A stretch of 34,443 nt of DNA from Octopus sinensis. Lineage: Eukaryota. Below are positions 12,405 through 23,234 of the stretch, in pieces (position 1 is the stretch's first letter; each line of letters starts with the position of its first letter). Under the pieces are notes generated by a model. It was not told where the DNA came from. It was given only the letters and a program-made list of their open reading frames with translations, and did not search any database. The stretch spans positions 1-34,443 of the forward strand of contig NW_021831717.1 of the NCBI RefSeq assembly GCF_006345805.1, written 5' to 3'. The translations under genes were made by a program, and so were the position numbers.

Positions 12405-12575
12405 ACCAGCGCATGACAGCCTGTGTTAGTTTGTTTACATTCCCTTAAAGAGTTCAGCAAAAGAATTAGAATAAGTACCACGCTAGAAAAATATAAGTGC
12501 CGCGGTCAATTCGTTTAAGTAAACCATTCAATGTGGTACTCCAGCATGGCCGCAGTCCAATGACAAAAACAAGAA
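12405..12575 (+). mobile_element. Decayed SINE 3' half (family of 28620-28812)
   Basis: AGAATAAGTACC...GTGGTACTCCAGCATGGCCGCAGTC aligns with 28703-28800. Confidence 0.75.
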
Positions 12576-12776
12576 AAGGATGCATCACCGTCATACAAGC
12601 GGGGTTCTTTTTTTTCTTGAAACCCTGTTCTGCCACGGGAAAGGATTGACTTGTTTGAGACAGGTGAAGTTTGGTGTCCGGAACGACATTTGGCCGGAGA
12701 AAATCTGGTTCAATGAATTCTGTCTTCCCGATGCAAGCAGAGGAAATGGTCCTTAAAAGGATGACGACGTTGTACA

Positions 12777-13092
12777 TGTGTATGTGTATGTGTGTATGTG
12801 TGTGTGTGTGTGTGTGTGTATGTGTGTGTATGTGTGTGTGTGTGTGCGAGAGAGAGAGAGAGAGAGGGGAGAGAGAGAAAGAAAGAAAGAAAGATAGACA
12901 GAAAGGAAGAAAGAAAGAAAGAAAGAATGAAAGAAAGAAAGATAGAAAGAAAGAAAGAAAGAAAGAAAGAATGAAAGAAAGAACGAAAGAAAGAAAGAAG
13001 GAAAGAAAGAAAGAAAGAAAGAAAGAAGACAGGAAAGAAAGAAACACAGAAAGAAAGAAAGAACGAAAGGAGGAAAGAATGAAAGAAAGAAT

Positions 13093-13132
<40 letters not shown>

Positions 13133-13937
13133 CAAAGAAGAAGATAGAAGAAAAGAATAAAGAATGAACAAAGAAAGAAGAAGAAGAAAGAAGAAAAATA
13201 AAGAAAGAGAAAATAAGAAAGAAGGAAAGAAGGAAAGATGGAAAGAAATAAAGAAGAAACAAGAAAACAAAGAAAGAAAAAAGAAAGAAAGAGAAAGAAA
13301 GGAAGAAATAAAGAAGAAAGAAAGAAAGAAGAAAGAAAGAAAGAAAGAAAGAAGAAGGAGAAAGAAAGAAGAAAAAAGAAAAAGAAAGAAGGATGAAAGC
13401 AAGAAGAAAGATGGACGGAAGAAAGAAAGAAGAAAAAAAAAAGAAGTAAGGAAATAACAGAAGAATGAAAGAAAGAAAAGAAAGAAGAAAAGAAAGATTG
13501 AAGAAAAGAATACAAAGAAAAACAAAGAAGAAAGAAGAAAGAAAGAAGAAAAAAAGAAAGTAGAAAGAATGAAAAAAGAAAGAAAGAAGAGAGGAAGAAA
13601 GAAAGAAGGAAAGGATGACAGCTAAAAGAAAGAAAGAAAGGATGACAGATAGGAAGAAAGAAAGAAAGAAGGAAAAATAAAAAAGGAAAGAAAGAAGGAA
13701 AGAAAGAAGGTAAGAAAGAAACAAAGAAAGAAGGAAAGAAAGAAAGAAAGAAAGAAGAAATAAAGAAGAAGGAAAGGATGACAGATAGAAAGAAAGAAGG
13801 AAAGGATGACAGCTAGAAAGAAAGAAAGAAAGAAAGAGGAAGTAAAAAAGAAAGAAAAAGAAAGAAAGAAGGAAAGAAAGAAAGGAAGAAAGAAGGAAAG
13901 AAAGAAAGAAGGAAAGGTTGACAGATAGAAAGAAAGA
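12777..13937. repeat. (TG)n, (GA)n and ~1.1-kb degenerate (GAAA)n polypurine tract
   Basis: Directly visible. It generates the spurious F/L/S- and K/E/R-rich ORFs. Confidence 0.95.
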
Positions 13938-14334
13938 TGTGACGTGCGTGTGTTTTGTCACAGAAGTTTCTCCTAAGTGATTTCGTGTATCTTATCAGAG
14001 ACCCCTCCGACAAAGTTTATCGCTGCCATTGTTTTAAATTTTTATTTCAGTTATAAATGTTCTTCCCATCGTTCCTTGAATCTAACGTTGTTTGGAGAGC
14101 AAAGAGGGATTCCATTTGTCCCCGGCCAACTTCTACAGAAATCAGCAAATGTCTTTCGGTTTTTTATATTTGAACAAAGATTCTGAATAAAGTCCGAATG
14201 TCTGTAGCGGTAGAATCAAGTTGGAACCTCAGTGTCTCAAGATTCGTTGATGTTATTTCTGCTTTTGATAAACTAATTTTCTTAAGAGAAGTCTATCCGA
14301 AACAAAACTCAAAACAAGTCCCTCCCGAGTTTCT

Positions 14335-15293
14335 TATTTCTTTATAAGCCACAAGAAGCCAAACATAGAACGGGGACAAACAAGACAGACAAATGGATAA
14401 GTCGTTACATCGCCCCATGCATAACTGATACTTATTTAATCGACTCCGAAAGGAGAAAGGCAAAGTCGACCTCAGCGGAATTTGAACTCAGAACGTAACG
14501 GCAGGCGAAAGGGCTTAACACAAAGGGGACAAACAGGACACACAAATGATTAAGTCGATTACATCGACTCCATGTGCGTAACTGTTACAGAATATATCGA
14601 CCCTAAGAGATGAAAGGCAAGACGACCTCGCGGAATTTGAACTCAGACGTAACGGCAGGCGAAAAGGCTTAACCAAGGGACAAACAGGACACACAATGAT
14701 TAATCGATTACATCGACTCCAGGCGTAACTGTTACAGAATATCGACCCAAGAGGATGAAAGCAAAGACGCCCCTCGGCGGAATTTGAACTCAGAACGTAA
14801 CGGCAGGCGAAAAGGCTTAACACAAGGGGACAACAAGGACACACAATGGATTAAGTCGATTACATCGACTCCAGTGCGTAACTGTTACAGAATATATCGA
14901 CCCCAAGAGGATTCAGGCAAGCACCTCGGCGGAATTTGAACTCAGAACGTAACGGCAGGCGAAAAGGGCTTAACACAAAGGGGACAAACAAGGACACACA
15001 AATGGATTAAGTCGATTACATCGACTCCAGTGCGTAACTGTTACAGAATATATCGACCCCAAGAGGATGAAAGGCAAAGACGACCTCGGCGGAATTTGAA
15101 CTCAGAACGTAACGGCAGGCGAAAAGGGCTTAACACAAAGGGGACAAACAAGGACACACAAATGGATTAAGTCGATTACATCGACTCCAGTGCGTAACTG
15201 TTACAGAATTTGAACTCAGAACGTAACGACAGACGAAATACTGCTAAGCATTTCGCCTGGCGTGCTAACGTTTCTGCCAGCTCGCCGCCTTCT
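14335..15293 (-). mobile_element. tRNA-derived SINE with an internal tandem array of ~150-160-bp units; 13-bp TSD
   Basis: AATTTGAACTCAG recurs at 14479, 14634, 14781, 14933, 15093 and 15207. The SINE head ends at ~15290. CTCCYGAGTTTCT flanks it at 14322-14334 and 15294-15306. Confidence 0.88.
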
Positions 15294-15484
15294 CTCCTGA
15301 GTTTCTATATGCATAATAAATTGTTCACACACACATGCTCTCATATATAGATGAGTATATTCACATAAACATTGGCAGTTATGTTACATTAGTATTGTTT
15401 CTATTATTATCAAAAAGAGCCTCAATGCATCCAAACATTCTCCTGTCAACAAGAAGATGAAAAATGTCCGTTTTTGTTCCATAC

Positions 15485-15643
15485 CCTATATAGCTTATCG
15501 TCCCGCATGGAGAAAAAAGTTATCCGCGAAACGGATGACCTTTCTTCGTCTTTCAGATGTTTTAATAAACTCCTTGGTAATGAAATAGATGCCATGATCT
15601 TCGCATCTGCTTCTTGTTGGTCGGGATTTGGTAAGTCGTATAT
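15485..15643 (-). CDS. aGPCR exon: GAIN (IYDLPNPDQQEADAKIMASISLPRSLLKHLKDEERSSVSRITFFSMRDDKLYR)
   Basis: Acceptor tttttctccaccag and donor gtatgg; 159 nt, phase 0 to 0. ASIxLP and RIxF...KLY are GAIN motifs. Confidence 0.92.
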
Positions 15644-16005
15644 CTGGTGGAGAAAAAGAAAGATAAATTGAAATCAATAAAGAATAAATAACACTACTAC
15701 AGTTGCTACTGCTACTATTATTGTAACCTCTTCTTCCATAACCACTACACGACTACAACATTGCAAGTAACATAATATCTCAAACTACCAGTATCATACA
15801 CTGCCATTATCTCATACACAAGCAACCATTGGGGTTTCTACGTCGGTCAACTAATTATTGGTCTATTCAATAATTTTCTACATTCTGCCTCGATCGCTTT
15901 CTTGTCTTGGGATCGCAGTGAAATGGAGACAGAAGTATTTTGTACAAAATTCCCATTATTTTCAACCAATGACATAATTTTCTACTATTTATTCCTGAAA
16001 CGTTT

Positions 16006-16212
16006 ATATATTTGTTGTGCAAGATTTTTTATGTGAAGTCGTGTGTTGAAACAGATATTGTTATATTTCGGAATGGTCATTTTGCCAGTTTAGCCAATAA
16101 AAACACACGCACTATATATTTGGTGTTATTTTGCTTCAGTGTTATTTATTTTTTACATTAATCTTAATCTTATTGGCTAAACTGGCAAAATGACCATTCC
16201 GAAATATAACAA
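16006..16212. mobile_element. 207-bp insertion with 16-bp TSD and a perfect 46-bp inverted repeat
   Basis: TATTCCTGAAACGTTT at 15990-16005 and 16213-16228. Arms 16055-16100 and 16170-16215 are exact reverse complements. Confidence 0.8.
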
Positions 16213-16461
16213 TATTCCTGAAACGTTTTGTAACAAGCATACATACAAAAAACCAAATACACCCGTGTACTCCATTTGCTACACACAATTACACATGATA
16301 ATGTATTTAGCTGAAACATGCACAAACTTTTTATATTTTTCTGATGAAGCAAATGATCAGAAAAATAATGCAGTATGAATGTATGCTCTAATTATTGTTA
16401 TATTGTTCATCTTTTTTATGTGGTTGATATGTATATATATATATATGTACATATATATATA

Positions 16462-16886
16462 TCTATATATATAAAACTCAACTTGTGTGTCTGTGTGTGT
16501 GTCTGTGTGTTTAAATTCCCGGCACATCTCCTCCTAGCCAACAAATCGTAGAACCAGCAAAAATGGGTCACTTAAAGTTTAGGCGAATGAAAATTGAACT
16601 GCGCTATTTCTGTTCCGAAATTCATCTCGCAAGTGCAAAAATCGATAATGTGTTTGTTTAGAGCTTATCCCATGCATTGAATAGTGAACTTTACTCAGTC
16701 AGCTGTTTGACGTAAACTGTGTTCACCACGCGTGAAAGCATGCGTAAATTGCATGAAAAATAAAAAAATCAAGATATAAAAGGAATCGCCGTAAACTTGT
16801 AGAATTCGTCAAAAAAGAATTTCGGGATGTAGCCTAGAGGGTTTTTCGTATTAATATATATATATATATATATATATATAGATATA

Positions 16887-16938
<52 letters not shown>

Positions 16939-17234
16939 CATACATATATACATTATATATATATATGAGAGTATGATAGAAGAAGGCTAACTCTTCCTTC
17001 CGTGGAAGAAAATATTCAAATCGGACCATGTTAACACCAAAAATATTTACATCAAAAAGTGCCTTTTTTCTATGAAAATCCCTATTTTTTACGATCTTTT
17101 CACTGTTGTGTCGCGCCATTTTTCGGTGTATTTCACTTAAAGAGAATAACAAGCTACATACTGCCAAATTTTTACTTTCAAAAATTCCAATTCTAAAGGG
17201 TCTAAACAACCGCAACGCCGGGTGATACTGCTAG
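16462..17234 (+). mobile_element. Non-autonomous Helitron-type element
   Basis: Starts A|TCTATATATATAAAA followed by a (GTGT/GTCT)n tract. Ends with GC-rich CCGCAACGCCGGG followed by CTAG|T. Internal (TA)n; no TSD. Confidence 0.72.
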
Positions 17235-17239
17235 TATAT

Positions 17240-17710
17240 AAATCCTTAAATCCTTAAAAATGTTTTAGCCCGAAGGCCGCGGCCATGCTGGGGCACCACC
17301 GCTGAATGAGCTACACTAATATGTGAATCCACCTCTGATACGTGTCACTTGGTCAACAAGGGAGTTCGATGCCGCTGCCCGCATCTGTGTCTCCTGTCGT
17401 GAGGTAGGTTCATCTGGGACCCCCGACAAGAAGAGATCCAGTTTAGTTTTAAAGAAACCCACATCCACACCATGTAAGTCTCTCAGGCATTTAGGGAGGA
17501 TGTTAAAGAGCTGTGGTCCTCTGAAACCCAAGCTGTTGCAGTATCTGGACCTGTACTTTGATTGTGATGTTGGAATCTTTGGCACCATGCATTGGCGCCC
17601 CGTTCTGCGGTTGGGGTAACTTTGAATGCCAAAGTTTGGGACAAGACCCTCCAGGATTTTCCACATGTATATCACCGCATATCTCTCCTGCCTTCGCTCT
17701 AGGGAGAATA
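17240..17710 (-). mobile_element. 5'-truncated CR1-like LINE 3' end with short tandem tail (TTTAAGGA)n
   Basis: YSLERRQERYAVIYMWKILEGLVPN...GPQLFNILP...FKTKLDLFLSGVPDEP is a CR1-type ORF2 C-terminus. Stop at 17316, then a 3' UTR stem-loop and tail. Confidence 0.85.
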
Positions 17711-17719
17711 TATATATTA

Positions 17720-18468
17720 TTCAAGACTAGTTATAGCATTGGGTATATTAATAAGACGCTAAAACATATTTTTATACATTTAAAATCCAGCTAGATCAAT
17801 TTAATCGTTGAACATCGTAATATATATTGTTTATCAATATTATTTGGATCCTGTATTATTTTGAGTTTGATTGTTGTTGTTATTATTATTATTGTCATTG
17901 ACTGGATTTGTAGTGGACTGTTGGTTGTGGTTGAATATCTTCATAGTGTATTGTTCATTTGTTCTAATATTTTTGCACCTTTCTTTAATTTATGGGTCTT
18001 AAATGTTTCTTACTTTCCATTAGTAAATAATTTTCGCCATTCTATCATTTTTATATATATTGATAGTTATAAGTTACGATAGATATTAATTATTAAACCT
18101 ATTTATTTAGATTTTTTTTATAAAAGGATCTAACGTATTACATTTAATTTAATTTGAGAATTAATTTTGTTACACAATATATTATTTAAGTATTAGTTGG
18201 TAAATTTATTATGTAGTATGAAATTTAAGATAATTAGGTATTATATTAATTGATATTTAGTCAATTATATTATTGAGTGATTTATTAAATCTATAGAACA
18301 CATATATATTATTATATAGTTAGCTTATTTAATGAGTTTTCTATATGAACCATTTCTTATTTTCATTACGATATTAATGGCCTGTACTAGCATTGTGTAT
18401 ATTAATTAATTTTAAAGTATTGAATAATTTAAAAATTGTTTTTATTTTCACTTAATGTATATTAGTAT

Positions 18469-18506
<38 letters not shown>

Positions 18507-18815
18507 TAAAGTATATTTATTAAGTGATTCATTTTATTATTCTAGTTTATTCTAACCTGATGGTGGCAAATATTCATATCGAAGTGATTTTACTACTACT
18601 ATTATTAAATTTTTTTACTATAATCATTTCTTAAATATGGTCACGAAACACGTGTCGTTATTCTACCAAATATATACGTTTCTATTATTTTTTTGCAATT
18701 TACTTAATCTTCGGTATATTATTGTTATTTTAATTTTAAAATTTCTATTATATGTAATTTTCTAGATGGTGTAATTTAATTGTTCATTTTGAATTGCTAA
18801 AAAGTGTTTTTCTAA
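17720..18815. mobile_element. Very AT-rich decayed repeat, probably Penelope-like, with a hammerhead at 18553-18660
   Basis: Bounded and interrupted by (TA)n. Its right end (18690-18815) is clearly homologous to 31262-31380. No intact ORF. Confidence 0.45.
18553..18660 (+). ncRNA. Type-I hammerhead ribozyme motif with long stem-II insertion (A9 missing)
   Basis: TAAC-CTGATG-GTGGC...GTCAC-GAAA-CACGTG-TC-GTTA: stem I TAAC/GTTA, stem II GTGGC/GTCAC, palindromic stem III, GUC cleavage triplet. Confidence 0.65.
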
Positions 18816-19066
18816 TATATATTATATATATATATATATATATACATATATAGAATGTAAGGATAAAATTTATATTTTATTAAGTAGCCACCTTGTAAAA
18901 TCAATTACGGAAAAAATTAATACGAGGTATATAATTTTTTTAAATGCATTATCACAATAAGGGTGATTACGATAAGTAAAGCCGCACGCTGTAACGAGAC
19001 GCTAAAGTCAAACTATTTCATCAAATATACACACGCACCGAATTCGAAGGAAGGAACCAAGGAGAA

Positions 19067-19306
19067 AGGTAGGTAGGTAGGTAGGTAGGTAGGTAGTAGG
19101 TAGGAGGTAGTAGGTAGGTAGGTAGGTAGGTAGGTAGTAGGTAGGTAGGTAGGTAGGTATGTAGGTATGTATGTATGTATGTAGGTAGGTATGTAGGTAG
19201 GTAGGTAGTAGAGGTAGGTATAGGTAGGTTAGGTAGGTATGTAGGTATGTAGGTAGTATGTAGGTAGATAGGTAGATAGGTAACTAGATAGATAGATAGA
19301 TAGATC

Positions 19307-19341
<35 letters not shown>

Positions 19342-19370
19342 TGTATACAGACAGACAGGTAGATAGATAC
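19067..19370. repeat. (GGTA)n/(GATA)n microsatellite
   Basis: Directly visible. Confidence 0.95.
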
Positions 19371-19487
19371 ATGCATAGACATCTTGTCTTACTTTACATA
19401 ACAATAAACGTAATTATATTCCATTCTAATGTATTTTATCAACTTGGGTGTTTAGAACAAGAGAGTAATCATGAGAACGTTTAGTAC

Positions 19488-19658
19488 CATTGTTTTTCTT
19501 CTTGGTTCATTGGTTCCGTAGAAACCCCATAGAAAAGACCATCGAATGCGTCCGGATTCACTTTGGCAACACCAATACCAAGATTAGAATAGATAGCTGT
19601 GACTTGCTGCTCCTCCAGTGGAATCTTTTCTGGGATTTCTTGTATAAGATGCAGCAAT
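19488..19658 (-). CDS. aGPCR exon: GAIN A/B junction (LLHLIQEIPEKIPLEEQQVTAIYSNLGIGVAKVNPDAFDGLFYGVS...), one base short
   Basis: Acceptor tttctcacag (phase 2, matching the previous exon) and donor gtacta. It is 171 nt where 172 are needed to join the phase-0 exon at 15643. Confidence 0.85.
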
Positions 19659-19931
19659 CTGTGAGAAATCAAGAAAACGACTTTCCATTAACAATGTGTT
19701 TCGAATACGTAATTAGCTTTAGGTGTAATTACACTAATTATTTCGCTTAACAAATTTTTGCATGCTACTCTTGCTTCTAATACTTCTGTTGTTGTTGTTA
19801 GCATTGATGCAACAACTTTTATTATTTATGCCGCTCCATATATGACCGCGGGATCTATTTCTTTTTACTTTTCTTCTTCTTCTTCTTATCATCATCATCA
19901 TCATCATCATCATTATTATTATTATTATTAT

Positions 19932-20288
19932 TCAGTAGTCTTATTTTTATAACGTGCTTTCACTTCACTATCGAGCGCAGCTATGTGTGCCTTGGGTATG
20001 TGCTGTGGTTTGCTGTGACGCTCTTATGGTTACTTTATTGAATGTGTTTTACGTAGTATATGTGCAGTGCCTAGTAGTACTATTTTCTGTAAGTTATGTA
20101 TATTTGTTAGTCCTGGTGTTTTTCTTATGTATTTGTCTGAATGTTTTTTACATCATACTTAATGCGCTCACTATGATAGGAATTGTTTCTGTTTTTAGAT
20201 TCCACGTTCGAGTTACCTCTATTTCCAGGTCCTTGTATTTTGAAAGTTTCTCCATTTCTTGTAGAGACACGTTGTCATCTGCTGGTAT
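19932..20288 (-). mobile_element. 5'-truncated 3' fragment of a second R4/Dong-like family inside a (TAA)n tract
   Basis: The minus strand reads IPADDNVSLQEMEKLSKYKDLEIEVTRTWNLKTETIPIIVSALSM...PGLTNIHNLQKIVLLGTAHILRK, homologous to the end of ORF 4167-5333. (TAA)n lies on both sides. Confidence 0.88.
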
Positions 20289-20314
20289 TATTATTATCAT
20301 TATTATAATTATTA

Positions 20315-20367
<53 letters not shown>

Positions 20368-20396
20368 TATCATTATCATCATTATTATTATTATTA

Positions 20397-20446
<50 letters not shown>

Positions 20447-20473
20447 TACCACTACCACCACCACCACCATTAT

Positions 20474-20512
<39 letters not shown>
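20289..20512. repeat. (ATT)n/(ACC)n/(ACT)n microsatellite
   Basis: Directly visible. Confidence 0.95.
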
Positions 20513-20532
20513 CAAAGTGATTTGAATATTAC

Positions 20533-20761
20533 CTGTTGGCACTTCTATTCTCTTGTTCTGTCTCGGCCAGAACCTCCTCTGGTATGTTTAACAAATTGTT
20601 GATACTACGAAGTGTGTGGTTCAAAGTTATATTGGCCGACACTTTCGATACAAGTGGCACCATTTTCTCGTGAAGGTCTACAGCCAATTCAACATCTTCT
20701 TTGAAATACACTGATTTCTGGGATACATCTAAAACCTCCTCCAAAATACTGTCGATGTTTC
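20533..20761 (-). CDS. aGPCR exon: GAIN-A helices (NIDSILEEVLDVSQKSVYFKEDVELAVDLHEKMVPLV...LRSINNLLNIPEEVLAETEQENRSANR)
   Basis: Acceptor ttttccattgcag and donor gtaata; 229 nt, phase 1 to 2. D-V-x-L-A-V-D and I-N-N-L-L helix patterns of GAIN-A. Confidence 0.9.
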
Positions 20762-21584
20762 CTGCAATGGAAAATTTAACATGAAATTTAAGGGAATTAC
20801 AGTTGCTCTGAGCTGAAATATTAGATGCAAAAGTGATGGCGGTGTTGGTAGTGGTATTGGTGTTGGTTGTGGTGGTGGTGGTGGTGGTGGTGGTGGGGTG
20901 GTTGTGATAGTGGTGGTGTTGTGATGTTGGTATTGTTGATGTAGTAGTAGTAGTAGTAGTAGTAGTAGAAATAGCAGTAGCAGCAGCAGTTGCTGTTGTA
21001 AATAAATAGTTTGGACGTGCTGGCTGATTTGAGAACCATGTGCCATGAAGTGTTAGAAACACATATGGAGAGCGATATTCTCTTACGCTATCAAAAATAT
21101 TAAAAATATCGGACATTTTCGAAATATTATCCCCCTTGAGGCAAGCCAGGCATGACTTTAACACCGATCTATTAATGATTTCGCTCGAAAGTGGTTCACC
21201 ATGAACTTTCCATGATATAATAGGAAAGAATACTTTCCGACTGAGATATGTGCAAATTATGGACATGTATAACAGCGACATACAAGAAGTCGTTCAAAGA
21301 GGTAGATGCTGATTAAAGAAGGTTGAAATGAGTTTGATTTTCTGGATAAGAAATGCTTAATTTGGGAAAAAATTTGAGCTGGTCATTTATGAGAATGTAA
21401 CTGAGAATCAAAAGTCTTGGTCAATATCACCAGAAATAACAATTTGTAAAGACTTTTATTTTATATATGACCCATGATACTGATACAGACTCGAATCGCA
21501 ACTCGCAATTCAAACGTCAACATACTGCCTACCCCTCTATTATCTCCTTTTCACTACAATACCAGGAATCCTTCGGAAAATTCC

Positions 21585-21715
21585 AAGGACCCGCGACAGA
21601 TAGAATTAGCACTAGGCTTTCAAAGAATAACTCCTGGGATCGATTTCTTCGACTAACACTCTTCAAGGTGGTGCTCCAGCGTGGCCACAGTGAAGTGGCT
21701 GTAACAAGTAAAAAT
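21585..21715 (+). mobile_element. Decayed SINE 3' half (family of 28620-28812)
   Basis: GATAGAATTAGCACTAGGCTT...GGTGGTGCTCCAGCGTGGCCACAG. Confidence 0.75.
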
Positions 21716-21929
21716 GCGTCTGTCAGACCTAAACGCACAATGTAATAGCACACCTTTCATGCAGGTCTGAGGAAGTTCCTCTCCAATGCCTAAAACCGCA
21801 AATATTGCGTAATTTTTCTTTTAGAAGTTTAGAACTGGCGATGCAACTGGAAATGTTAGGGAAACATTTGTAACTTATAATTAAAGACTATTACAGGCTT
21901 TTCTTTCTCTTCTTGTTTTCATTGGATTC

Positions 21930-22146
21930 CGATGGACTCTCAGGTCGTTAGACGACGTATGACGGTTCGACAATTTCTTACCGAACAACGGGAGCCACAC
22001 GTCAGATGTCGAAATGACCGTAGAGCAAGGTGAAATGAAATGCGTTGCTCAAGAACACAACGCCCAAGAACAATCGATCTGAGAATCGATACCACGATCT
22101 CACAATCGTGAGTGCAACACCCTAACCACTAAGCCATGCGCCTTCA
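21930..22146 (-). mobile_element. tRNA-derived SINE with CORE-like body
   Basis: Minus-strand head GGCGCATGGCTTAGTGGTTAGGG...GTATCGATTC followed by TTGTGTTCTTGAGCAACGCATTT. Confidence 0.65.
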
Positions 22147-22748
22147 TTGGATTATATATATACATACTTTGTTCCTCTTGTATATCTCTTAGACATTGGT
22201 TAAAGCGTATAAGCTGTGTGTGTATCTATCGATCCTAATTCAAAATTAACATGATCACTTCGAACAAAATGAAATTCTGCTGAGGAAAATTATTTGCAGC
22301 ATTAATAATTTTCTTGTTTGAATTAAAGCAAGTACTGGAATTGTGTGAATTATTCTGCCCAGTAGAGTCTGCATCTTCTACTTCTATACAAAATTAGAAG
22401 AAAACATTTTTGCCCTTGGTTAATTGGTATAATTAAAAAGAAAATGAGCAAAGACAAACATTCCGTAGGGACAAGAAACGGAAAAGCGTAAAATAAAATG
22501 CTGATTTATTGAAATTATCCAAGCTTTGAGAAATGTAAATAAATAGTTGTATGTAGAGAGAGAGAGGAGAGAGAGAGAGGGAGAGTCTGTGTGCGTGTGT
22601 GTGTTCATGGCGCGCGTGCGTGCGTGTCCTATGGTATCATCCACTGTGGTTGATGATGATGACAACGACGAAGAGGATGGTAATGGTGATTGATGAAGCT
22701 AATTATGACGGTAATGGTGATAAAATTAATAAGAAACACGATACTTAC

Positions 22749-22901
22749 GTTCATCAAAATTTTCAGTGAAGTTTTGAACTCCTATGTTAAGCAATGCCTG
22801 GGATTTGTTCAAAACTTGGGGAGATATTGCGCCGCATTTGACTTTCAGTCATTTCGCTAAATACTGTACAGTAAATAGCAAATATTTTAATTCTGTTTGA
22901 G
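22749..22901 (-). CDS. aGPCR exon: SEA-like C-terminal part (SNRIKIFAIYCTVFSEMTESQMRRNIS/QVLNKSQALLNIGVQNFTENFDE), +1 frameshift
   Basis: Acceptor tattatttcag and donor gtaagt (phase 1, matching exon 20761). It reads through only if one base of the run at 22818-22821 is removed. The SEA assignment is inferred. Confidence 0.7.
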
Positions 22902-22980
22902 CTGAAATAATAATAAATACATACATGTACGTCGGTATGTATATGTGTATGTAGATAGCTAGCTAGCTAGATACATACAT

Positions 22981-23021
<41 letters not shown>

Positions 23022-23024
<3 letters not shown>

Positions 23025-23234
23025 AATGTGACCTCGTGTGTACCGTTTGCGATTTTGTTTCCTCCGTCTTCCCTTTTCTGGAACTTTCCTTTTCCTATGT
23101 TTCTGACGAAGAGCTCCGCTCGAAACGTAAAACCCTCCTTCTTCCCTTCCTTCCTGAACCTCCAATAATAATATATTTGTTCCACGTCCTCGCGTTGTTG
23201 TGTTTTCTCTTTGTGTTTTCATGTTTGGATGAAC

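Noticed and set aside
12466-13961. Long ORFs (271-402 aa) rich in F/L/S or K/E/R
   Set aside because: They are translations of the (GAAA)n tract, which lacks stop codons by composition.
14479-15230. CRISPR-like regular repeat array
   Set aside because: Whole units repeat with no unique spacers, they derive from a SINE, and the context is eukaryotic.
16336-16390. CTGATGA at 16341 as a hammerhead
   Set aside because: No properly placed stem II-GAAA-stem III-UH.
20762-21281. N-terminal 170 aa of ORF 20529-21281 as a mucin-like Thr-rich stalk
   Set aside because: A good acceptor at 20762 fits the phase of the upstream exon, and the Thr run is an (ACT/ACC)n microsatellite. Treated as intron, though an alternative acceptor near 20813 cannot be excluded.
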